This document shows, piece after piece, positions 1 to 8,571 of a DNA stretch of 9,963 nucleotides. Position 1 is the stretch's first letter, and the number at the start of each line of letters is the position of its first letter. The DNA is from Octopus sinensis (taxonomy: Eukaryota): NCBI RefSeq assembly GCF_006345805.1, contig NW_021827709.1:1-9963 (forward strand), in the 5' to 3' direction. The translations under genes were made by a program, and so were the position numbers. The notes beneath the pieces are model-generated. The model was given only the letters and a program-made list of their open reading frames with translations, was not told where the DNA came from and made no database searches.

Positions 1-12
1 CATATTCTTGAA

Positions 13-95
13 GCTCCGACGAAGCTACATGGTGATACAGATGCAATCAGTTATGAGTGCATTGCGCATCATAGTAGAAACAAGCTGTCGTCAGC
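13..95 (+). ncRNA. Degenerate type I hammerhead-ribozyme-like motif with long stem II
   Basis: GCT(13-15), CCGACGA(16-22; one change from CUGANGA), long hairpin (ATGGTG 29-34/CATCAT 67-72; ATGCA 41-45/TGCAT 58-62; TCA/TGA around GTTA loop), GAAAC(77-81), GTC(90-92), AGC(93-95) pairing with 13-15. Confidence 0.5.
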
Positions 96-299
96 GATTG
101 AGGTTCACGGCATAATTTCTTATTCCTGTCTCATTTTAATATCCTAAGTGTATCTTCTTATACTCACCTACATACAGACATACGCGAACACACACATTTA
201 GACACATGAATTATGCGTTGATATTTATATAGACTGTCATCACACACTCACAGAATCATGGGTACAGTCTACAAATAGGTGTCTCACGGGTACCAATGT

Positions 300-528
300 T
301 TGTATCTCTTGTGGGTTCCTATCGATAAAGTTAAAGCCACAGAATCTCTGTTCGGCGATTCGTAACGGTTTTCAAATGTTATTGGCCATCGGGCAAATGA
401 ATGCGTTTGGCTTTAAAGTATTTATTTGTTGGCAACAAACTACTGTATACATAGATCAGAATAGCGGCCCCGAGAACTGTGAGCTTTCTGGACAGCTGCA
501 CAAGATGTCCATTCTTTAAGATGGCACC
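300..528 (-). mobile_element. Possible highly decayed Tc1/mariner (Tc3-like) transposase fragment
   Basis: Minus-strand peptides joined across frameshifts (QLSR..TV...IL..Y, KAKRI/FARW, ILW, NPQEIQ) resemble the order of motifs around the first catalytic Asp of Tc3-like transposases. No intact DE motif or TIR seen. Confidence 0.25.
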
Positions 529-610
529 GTGTGTGTGTGTGTGTGTGTGTATACTTGCATGCATACACACACCACACACACAAACACGCACACACACATA
601 CGTGTGAGAG

Positions 611-652
<42 letters not shown>
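529..652. repeat. Compound (GT)n/(CA)n/(TA)n microsatellite
   Basis: Direct reading. Confidence 0.95.
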
Positions 653-653
<1 letters not shown>

Positions 654-699
654 TGCCCAAGACCTAAATGTGTTTTTTTTTTGTTGTGGCCGGGTGGAG

Positions 700-868
700 T
701 GAGTTGGGGTATGTCGATTAGATCAACCTCACTGGTCCGCGTGTAATTAATTATTTATCGACCCCGAAAGGATGAAAGGCAAAGTCGACCTCAGTGGAAT
801 TTGAACTCAGAACGTAAAGACAGACGAAATGCCGCTGAGCATTTTGTCAAGCGTGCTGAGGGTTCAGC
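700..868 (-). mobile_element. tRNA-derived SINE (octopus-type, with conserved central domain)
   Basis: Minus-strand B box GAGTTCAAATTCC (796-808), followed by GTCGACTTTGCCTTTCATCCTTTCGGGGTCGATAAAT, a central-domain sequence recalled from abundant octopus/metazoan SINEs. Confidence 0.75.
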
Positions 869-1264
869 AGACAGAAGAGAGAAAACACAGACCTATTGCG
901 TCGAATAAGTGTTTACTATTAGTGTTCAATATAATATCTGACTGTTAAATATCGATCTCTGATATGGACCTTTTTGTATGAGAGGACTTATAGTCATTGA
1001 ACTTCAAAGAGAGAGAGAGAGGTGGGGGGCAGATCGTATCATTGCGAACATTCATATGAAAGAAACCCTTTCTAACATTAACGACAATCTACTGTAAAAT
1101 GAATTCTGTGTATGTGTGAGTGTGTATCTCTTGCTCTCTCTCCCCTTCTCTCTCTCTTTCTACATATATACATAAAATATAATTAAGATTCAGTTGAATA
1201 AGGCACTTAAATTGAGGCATCTTGCCAGTTCGGTATAGTCAGCACAAGGATGTGCAAGTATCAA

Positions 1265-1350
1265 TACATTACGGCCGTTCCAAGCGTCTACATATAATTG
1301 ATCAGTAAAAACATTACATGAATTTGAACGAAACACTCTTTTCGGACGCA
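1265..1350 (-). ncRNA. Core-mutated mirror copy of the hammerhead (probably inactive)
   Basis: On the minus strand the core reads CCGAAAA (1345-1339) and GGAA (1281-1278) instead of CTGAAGA and GAAA. Stem I and ACGGCCGT-A are retained. Confidence 0.6.
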
Positions 1351-1402
1351 GATGACCATATAGATTTCAAACATAATGGATAGTGTAATCTATAAGGTCA
1401 TC

Positions 1403-1489
1403 TGCGTCTGAAGAGAGCAGTTTCTTTCAAACTGATGTAATGTTTTCATTAATCAATTAAATGGAGTTGCTTGAAACGGCCGTAATGTA
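1403..1489 (+). ncRNA. Type I hammerhead ribozyme, intact core
   Basis: Stem I TGCGT(1403-1407)/ATGTA(1485-1489); core CTGAAGA(1408-1414); stem II GAGCAGTTTC(1415-1424)/GGAGTTGCTT(1463-1472), extended by TGAT/ATCA and TAATG/CATTA with a TTTT loop; GAAA(1473-1476); palindromic stem III ACGGCCGT(1476-1483); GUA triplet with predicted cleavage after A1484. Confidence 0.75.
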
Positions 1490-1519
1490 TTGACACTTGT
1501 ACATCCTTGTTACTTATTT

Positions 1520-1610
1520 ACATACATACATATATGCATACATACATACGTACATACATGCATACATACATACATACATACATACATACATACATACATA
1601 CATACATACA
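1520..1610. repeat. (CATA)n microsatellite
   Basis: Direct reading. Confidence 0.95.
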
Positions 1611-2260
1611 TGATGGCTGCCCCCTCGTTATCGAGTATGGCCATTGCACGAAGCTTAACTGTTATTGGTGTTGTGATCGAATGTGACTTTTATTTGCTTT
1701 TTAAGGCTACAGCCAGCCATTCAGTTGAGACTCACAGCACTATCAACAATCATGAATAATGCTGTTATCGTGCAATGCCTGTGCAGGAAGATTTTTTTAA
1801 AGTGAGGAAAGGCCGTGCACTGAGTCAATCCCATTCACTAAGCAATAGCAGCCATAATCCGAAAACAAGAACAAGTCAACATCATCGGTAACCACTGAGC
1901 CGCAGGTTTTATGTCGGAGTTATCCCAGTTACCTGAGTTACCTTCTCCTAGAAGGATGCCCTAACAAAGGCTAGGAGTCCTTCACTCCCAATGGTTTAAC
2001 CGCGCGATCGAGTATTCAGTCCGATTATTTCTATGTCCCCGCGCATGATACAGCCTTAAGACATTTATTGGATGGCTGTTGACTCTCAAGAGTTCCTCCG
2101 CCCATTGATGGGTTTTATCTTTCATCCCGCAGGGTGTCCAATAAACACCCTCCTCACCAAGCAAGCTTGGTGGGGTTGCCGGTTTAGTCGCCGACGGCCC
2201 GTCCATGCAACAGGTTGTACTGGGTTACATGTTACTAGTAGCACTCGAAAGTGACCTGAC
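1611..2260 (-). mobile_element. Non-autonomous RTE-related retroelement (structured 5' leader plus RTE-like 3' end, no ORF)
   Basis: Sharp complex-sequence block between (CATA)n tracts. The minus strand contains TAGCCTTTGTTAGGGCATCCTTCTAGGAGAAGGTAACTC, resembling RTE 5' UTRs, and ends ...CTCGATAACGAGGGGGCAGCCATCA, resembling RTE 3' termini (recalled similarity). Confidence 0.55.
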
Positions 2261-2318
2261 TTACATGCATACATACACACACATCCATCCATCCATCCAT
2301 ACATACATACATAGTTTT

Positions 2319-2455
2319 GGCACAGTGGACAGTTGCCTAGGGGGCCTTACAAATCTAGGTGTCCAGTTCTGATCTAAGATAAGGCTTACTCTCAAATACT
2401 ATGGGACCCTAAGCACTGATTTGCCCAGGGCCTATAATCCTACTAAGACGCCCTG
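2319..2455. mobile_element. Probable MITE / hAT-like non-autonomous DNA transposon fragment
   Basis: Ends in TAAGACGCCCTG and contains the repeated subterminal motif TTGCC(T/C)AGGG(GG)CC at ~2334 and ~2421. The other terminus is missing. Confidence 0.35.
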
Positions 2456-2489
2456 TATGTATGTAAGTATATCGGCATACCTGTGCCCT

Positions 2490-2615
2490 GGAGAAGATCG
2501 CTTTGCAATCTCGTGGATTCGGGTTCAGTCCCACTGTATGGAACCAAAGGTGAGTGTCTTCTTCTATAGCTCCGAGCCGACCATCAACTTGTGAATTTGT
2601 GAATGAATTTGTTGC
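2490..2615 (+). mobile_element. Diverged 5' part of tRNA-derived CORE-like SINE
   Basis: B box GGTTCAGTCCCACT (~2522-2535) and GTGTCTTCT..TATAGC, the reverse complement of copies at 3106-3208 and 5787-6154. Confidence 0.7.
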
Positions 2616-2783
2616 ATATACATACCCACATATATACATATATACGTGCAGACACATAGACATGTCTCGCCGAGAATGTTATAAGCACCTACATTGCTAG
2701 AAATAAGAACAAAAGCTCTAATGTAGTGATTTTTAATGATGGTTATTGTTCTCCTTGTTGGTACGCAATTGCTTACTGCTGCC

Positions 2784-2816
2784 TACATACATACATACAT
2801 ACATATATATATAATA

Positions 2817-2873
<57 letters not shown>

Positions 2874-2952
2874 TATATATAATACATAATAACATACATA
2901 CATACATACATAATACTACATACATACATACATACATACATACATACTATAT
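2784..2952. repeat. Compound (CATA)n/(TA)n microsatellite
   Basis: Direct reading. Confidence 0.95.
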
Positions 2953-2954
2953 AT

Positions 2955-3021
2955 TGTTCGACTAATGGTGGCTCCAGCATGGTCGCAGTCAAATGACTGA
3001 AACAAATAAAAGAATAAAAGA

Positions 3022-3024
<3 letters not shown>
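2955..3024 (+). mobile_element. SINE 3' tail fragment
   Basis: CTCCAGCATGGTCGCAGTCAAATGACTGAAACAAATAAAAGA closely matches the reverse complement of 5788-5830. Confidence 0.8.

Positions 3025-3098
<74 letters not shown>
3025..3098. repeat. (TA)n microsatellite
   Basis: Direct reading. Confidence 0.95.
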
Positions 3099-3099
<1 letters not shown>

Positions 3100-3105
3100 C
3101 AATAT

Positions 3106-3208
3106 ACGACGGGCTACCTAATCTACTCGCAAAGCTTTGCTCGGCCTGAGGCTATAAGTAGAAGACACCTGCCCAAGGTGCCATGCAGTGGGACTGAACC
3201 CGTAACCA
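3106..3208 (-). mobile_element. Partial tRNA-derived CORE-like SINE
   Basis: AGTAGAAGACACCTGCCCAAGGTGCCATGCAGTGGGACTGAACCC closely matches 6077-6121. Confidence 0.8.
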
Positions 3209-3606
3209 GCCAAATGTATGTATATATATATATATATACATTGGCTGGCATACACACACACACATTTGATATTATCTGGATTGTTACCCTATAACGTGCT
3301 TTCCAAAGCTCCTCTGCGGTTATCGGCTAGCAGAAGCTATCATATCGTAGGTCTTCTCCACTACATACAGGCAAAACCGTAAGCTGTTTCCTCGGCAGAC
3401 ATTATTTCAAACGTTTTCAACACTATTTTTGTCCTTTTACCTGTTTTCTGGTTTTCGTGAACCGATCGTTTATTTATAGTTAATGGTCGTAGCTGGTATC
3501 ACAGTACTTGTTTGTAGTTATGAAAATAAGCGAACTGTAACGACGTCGGAACGAAATTTGTGTGCCTTGACATGTTTTATAGAAATGCATACAATAACTC
3601 ACTAAA

Positions 3607-3615
3607 CACACACGC

Positions 3616-3681
<66 letters not shown>
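3607..3681. repeat. (CA)n microsatellite
   Basis: Direct reading. Confidence 0.95.
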
Positions 3682-3683
<2 letters not shown>

Positions 3684-3976
3684 CAATGAATAGCAACAAT
3701 AAAATAAAATATGAGAGAGAGAGAGAAACGTAGAAGAGAAAATTTTCTTCTCAAACATGTCGTCTGCCCTTTTGTTGGTTGGCGTGACAAAGAATGTTGT
3801 TTCGTCAGCAACCAACGACAACGACGACTGCTACATTTCTTTCTTTTTTTTGGGGGGGGGGGTTCTTTTGCTGGTTTATTCTTTTTTAAATACTAAATGA
3901 CTGGCGAAGTTTGGCGGGGTGGTGTGGTATCGGGGAGGAGGATGATTTCGAGAATAATAAACTGTGGCGTGGTGGT

Positions 3977-3979
3977 TTT

Positions 3980-4021
<42 letters not shown>

Positions 4022-4052
4022 TTCCTTTCTTTCTTTCTTTCTTTCTTTCTTT
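3977..4052. repeat. (TTTC)n microsatellite
   Basis: Direct reading. Confidence 0.95.
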
Positions 4053-4129
4053 GATAGTTTTTTATCATTTCTTTTCTTTCCTACGCGCCATTATAGATGA
4101 ATAAATGAACAGACGAATAAGGAGACTGG

Positions 4130-4305
4130 GTATATTTATATGTATGTATGTATGAATGTATGTATCTATGTATATATGTATGTATGCTTTATATTGTACA
4201 TATGGATTATGTATATGTATGTGTATACATGTATGTATATATACATGTATAGATGTGTGTATATATACATACATATATGTGTAGGTATGTATGTATTATA
4301 TATAT

Positions 4306-4375
<70 letters not shown>

Positions 4376-4470
4376 CATTATATTATATTATAATACTTTA
4401 ATATTATATCGCTATGTTATCTTATATACCTATATATGCATATGTATATTCATGCTCATATATATATATC
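4130..4470. repeat. Degenerate (TATG)n/(TA)n low-complexity tract
   Basis: Direct reading. Confidence 0.9.
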
Positions 4471-5001
4471 TTTGTTTAAACGAATGAGAAGTATCCCTTA
4501 TATCCACTGAAGTCTAATCTCATGCGCATGCACGCAAATACACGCGCGCTCGCGCGCACACACATAATTGTAAAGCCACACTTAGAGATAGAAATATATT
4601 TTATAAAAGCAGATAATTAAGCATAATAGATAGATAATAGACAGACATAGGTAGAGAGAATGATAAATAAATAGAGAGAGAGAAAGAGAAAAAGAGAGCG
4701 AGAGAAGGAGAGAAAGAAAGAGATGAATTGGTGCAAATGCTAAATATATAAATGGGGAATTAAAAAGATAGATAACTGTATATATATATATAGATGGGGA
4801 TGTTAAAATTGTCTCGTAAGAGATACCACGACGCCCCAGTATCCAAAATATGTCATTATATTGAGGCCAGTAGAATTAGGGAGTGGGTTTCCGACAGAAT
4901 TTTGGCGAGCGTTCAGTATTTTTTAGTTATTTATTATTTTATTTTGAATCACAAAGTTAATCATTCATGGAAAAATAAAATGGCGCCGGTGACGCTGAAA
5001 A

Positions 5002-5066
5002 ACAACAGCAGCAGCAGCAGCAGTATTGGCAGCAACAAGTATAGCAAGTTATTACAACACTAACAC

Positions 5067-5122
<56 letters not shown>

Positions 5123-5290
5123 GTAATAACAATAATAACAATGACGATAAAGAAAATAAAAGGGCAAAAATAAGTATAACTGCATAAAGTTGGCGGGAAG
5201 AATAAAAAGACACAATAAGAGCAATAACGACAAAAAACACAAAGGAAAACAACAATTACAACAACAGTAACAACAACAACAACAACAACA
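5002..5290. repeat. Trinucleotide microsatellite cluster (CAG)n, (AAT)n, (CAA)n
   Basis: (CAG)n ~5006-5023, (AAT)n ~5068-5120, (CAA)n ~5250-5290. Confidence 0.9.
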
Positions 5291-5519
5291 AGTGCATGAG
5301 AAAGAGCAATGAGAATAAGTTGGTCAAGTGTCGTTTCATAGTCACCATTCGATCCGATCAAGGTGTCATGTTATGTTCAGCAGCAAGATTCGATGACAAA
5401 AGAGAAAAAAAAACCCCAAAAAATCCTCACAGCGTATCGCTTTCCGCCATTATTTAACGTAATATATTTGAAATTATGCCACACTACTTCATTCACACGC
5501 ACTCTTACACTCCTACTTT

Positions 5520-5639
5520 CGTATATGTATACATTACATACATACGTATATACACACATACATACATGTATATTATATTATATCTATATATATTATATAT
5601 ATATATACACGTATATATATATCATTATATATATATACG

Positions 5640-5698
<59 letters not shown>

Positions 5699-5724
5699 AT
5701 ATATACGTATATTATATATATATA

Positions 5725-5786
<62 letters not shown>
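5520..5786. repeat. (TA)n-rich microsatellite
   Basis: Direct reading. Confidence 0.95.
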
Positions 5787-6154
5787 CTCTTTTACTTGTT
5801 TCAGTCATTTGACTGTGGCCATGCTGGAGCACCACCTTTGTCGAGCAAATTGACCCCAGGACTTATTCTTTATAAGCCTAGTACTTATTCTATCTGTCTC
5901 TCTTGCCGAACCGCTAAGTGACAGGGATGTAAAGACACCAGCATCGGTTGTCAAGCGATGTTGGGAGGACAAACACAGACACACAAACTTATACACACAC
6001 ATACATATATATATGTATACATATACACGACGGGCTTCTTTCAGTTTCCGTCTACCAAATCCACTCACAAGGCTATAGTAGAAGACACTTCCCCAAGGTA
6101 CCACGCAGTGGGACTGAACCCCTAACCATGTGGTTGGTATGCAAGCTACTTACC
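5787..6154 (-). mobile_element. Near full-length tRNA-derived CORE-like SINE (octopus OR/OK-type)
   Basis: Minus-strand tRNA-like head with B box GGTTCAGTCCC (6110-6120), CORE-like ACCTTGGGGAAGTG, an internal microsatellite (~5978-6028) and a tail ending TGACTGAAACAAGTAAAAGAG. Three homologous fragments lie elsewhere in the window. Confidence 0.85.
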
Positions 6155-6317
6155 TATATATATATATATATATATATATAAAGGCATGAAACTAGGTATT
6201 AGTATTTTTCGGTCCATACCTGATGAAGTATTAGGGTTCAAGCTAGTGTCTGTCCTACGTGTATGTTTTGTTGTATTTAATACATTTTTCATTTATGGAA
6301 TAAATGAACGCCACAAT

Positions 6318-6354
6318 ATATTATATTATATATATTATATATATATATATATAT

Positions 6355-6393
<39 letters not shown>

Positions 6394-6424
6394 GTATAAT
6401 ATATATATATATATATATATGTAT
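6318..6424. repeat. (TA)n microsatellite
   Basis: Direct reading. Confidence 0.95.
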
Positions 6425-6673
6425 AGGCATCCATCATAGGTTCCTTGCACGCTAGAGAGGACAGTTAAATTCCAAACCACTATCACTAGGGATAAAATTT
6501 CGAAGGGAATGAAAAATAAAAACATTTACTATTTGCTAAAAAAAGTCTGAAACCATTGGTCCAGGAGTTAGATGAAATGTTTTTATTTTTCATTCCTTTC
6601 GAAATTTTATCCCAATATGGTTTTGGATTTAACTGTCCTCTCTAGCGTGCAAGGAATCCTATGATGGATACCT
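6425..6673. repeat. Long inverted repeat (arms 6425-6527 / 6575-6673, 47-nt centre)
   Basis: Arms are roughly 90% identical, e.g. TTCCTTGCACGCTAGAGAGGACAGTTAAAT vs ATTTAACTGTCCTCTCTAGCGTGCAAGGAA. Termini are AGG...CCT. Confidence 0.93.
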
Positions 6674-6694
6674 CTTGTGTGTTTAAATGTACAC

Positions 6695-6892
6695 GTGTGT
6701 GTGTGTGTGTGTGTGGTTGTGTGTGATTTATATATATAATATTATATATATATATTATATATAAATATGTATATATATATATATTATATACATGTATATA
6801 ATATATACATGTTTACGTATATTGTATTTATCTATCTATCTATCTATCTATCTACACATACATACATACATGCATATATACATACATGTACA
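6695..6892. repeat. Compound (GT)n/(TA)n/(TATC)n/(CATA)n microsatellite
   Basis: Direct reading. Confidence 0.9.
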
Positions 6893-7059
6893 CAATACGC
6901 TATAAGAGATTTCTGATAACGAGTTAGTTGCTCAAAGCATGCAGCTTGGGAAAACTAAGATCTTGTGCAATTCTAGTACAAATAAACCATGTACCAATAT
7001 TAACATTAGTGAAAGAAGGATTGAAGAAGATGGCACCATTGACAATTGGTAACAAAATT

Positions 7060-7530
7060 TTGTTATGCGATGCAGACTTAACCTGGAATGGATGGTACTC
7101 TACAAAATGGACGACACCATGGAAAACGGAAGCGATCCATTAAAGACAAACATAAGAAGCTCATATCGAATGTATTCTTCGAGACCGGCATTAGGGCAAT
7201 GAAGCTAAACTTGGTCGTTGAGTGACATATTCGCCCCCAAGGCAAAAAAGGGTTTATTCAGATGAGATTGATGTTGCGTGACTAAAAAAGGGAAGCTAGC
7301 GGGTTCCGACATATGACTGGAGTTATTGTTATAACTTACCATATTTAATGGTTGACACGTCAGCAGAGTGGAGGGGTGCAAGACCACAGGTGGTTGAGAA
7401 AAGGTGGTCGAGTGGAATCTATGGAACTAAAAGCGTCCAAGAAGTTGTCTTAAATGAAGGTGGCGGACGACTTTGACAAAGCTGTCAGTTCAAGAGGCCA
7501 AAAATGGATGGTTTTAGGTGGAGTCGAGAC
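7060..7530 (+). mobile_element. Possible very old RTE-type LINE C-terminal remnant
   Basis: Frameshifted peptides RL.W.G...KMDD (~7074-7116) and VEG/ARP....KRWS (~7368-7410) loosely follow the RTE C-terminal pattern RL.W.GH..RM...G.RP.GRP.KRW.D. Confidence 0.25.
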
Positions 7531-7577
7531 AGAGAGAGAGTATTCCACCACTTGGATCTATATTTACTTTAATGATA

Positions 7578-7578
<1 letters not shown>

Positions 7579-7650
<72 letters not shown>
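7579..7650. repeat. (CA)n microsatellite
   Basis: Direct reading. Confidence 0.95.
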
Positions 7651-7860
7651 AAGATATATAGCTATTTGTACTCAGACATAGCCATTCGTTTTGATTGAGA
7701 CTAAGTTTCGCCTGATGATTCAACCAGACCGCTTGAATAAGCCGGCAAAAAGAATTTCACAATAGATTTAACTCTAGTTTCAAAATTGAGTCAACGAACC
7801 AGGAAATGTCCCGTTGATGTTCTTAAAATTCTTTTAAAATAACTACCTCAGAATAACCAA

Positions 7861-7960
7861 ATGCACACGCACATACATACACAACAGACATGCACACACA
7901 CATACACACAAATGCACTCTTACACACACACACACACTGTCTCTCTCTCTCTCACACACA

Positions 7961-8003
<43 letters not shown>
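7861..8003. repeat. Compound (CA)n/(CT)n microsatellite
   Basis: Direct reading. Confidence 0.9.
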
Positions 8004-8115
8004 ATGCATCCTATGGCTGTCACTATTCACTCCAGCAGTAAGGCTCACCCTCCATCCTCATTTAGACTCTCACCATTTTCATATCAACCCGCTTGAGTAG
8101 CCCCACCCCAACCTA

Positions 8116-8304
8116 CCACTTTGACACAAAATTCCTGTTCAAAGTGATCTAATTCAAAATTTCCATTAAAATTTCATGCCGATTTTTGTTCCAAAACCAC
8201 CTCAAAATACTGGCAAAGTTATTTTACAAAATTTTTCAAGACTTTCAAAATTAACTGGAAGAAAAGAAATGTATTTCAACAGGAATATGGAAACAAATAC
8301 TTAA
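8116..8304. mobile_element. Possible decayed TTAA-ended MITE fragment
   Basis: Ends TGTATTTCAACAGGAATATGGAAACAAATACTTAA, similar to a recalled abundant octopus MITE terminus. No partner TIR was found. Confidence 0.3.
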
Positions 8305-8571
8305 CACAGTGAAATAGGTTCGAGCAAACGTTGTGCAGGTATCACCCTGAGGTACAGTGCACCTAGCTCTTAGGTGATAAGTCACTTCTCTAAACCGCTG
8401 TAGCATTGTGGTTTGTTAGGATACAGTATTGGACTTAAATCTTCCTGGATTGAAACTCTCTCCTCCAATAAAACATCATGATTGCCAAACAACTTTCTTC
8501 TTGTCAACCAAGCAGTGCGGGTTATCTGAATCATTCTTTAGTGGCTCGGGATCTTGCGACATATTTATATA

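Larger units (their letters stand above)
1244..1510. repeat. Long inverted repeat (arms 1244-1366 / 1387-1510, 20-nt spacer), probable Penelope-like inverted pLTR pair
   Basis: Manual alignment of the arms gives about 17 substitutions plus 1 indel over 124 positions (~85% identity). Each arm contains a hammerhead motif reading outward. Confidence 0.92.

Noticed and set aside
796-868. tRNA gene (B boxes here and at 2522, 3190, 6110)
   Set aside because: No cloverleaf can be drawn, and the B boxes are followed by SINE body sequence.
2100-2260. Canonical HDV-like or twister ribozyme in the RTE-like leader
   Set aside because: Only partial fits were found. The P1.1 GG, the J4/2 catalytic C and the twister T1/T2 pairings could not be placed.
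3377-3402. Minus-strand CTGCCGAG-GAAACAGCTTA hammerhead-like string
   Set aside because: The core is mismatched, there is no stem II and stem I is poor.
3795-3812. Minus-strand CTGACGAAAC
   Set aside because: The core halves overlap, leaving no room for stem II; chance match.
4794-5063. 89-aa ORF with poly-Ser from (CAG)n
   Set aside because: No recognisable motif or convincing splice context; it runs into microsatellite.
379-8100. Numerous 60-149 aa ORFs rich in YI, CV, HT, LS, poly-I/L/S/V
   Set aside because: They are translations of stop-free microsatellites and show no domain-like content.
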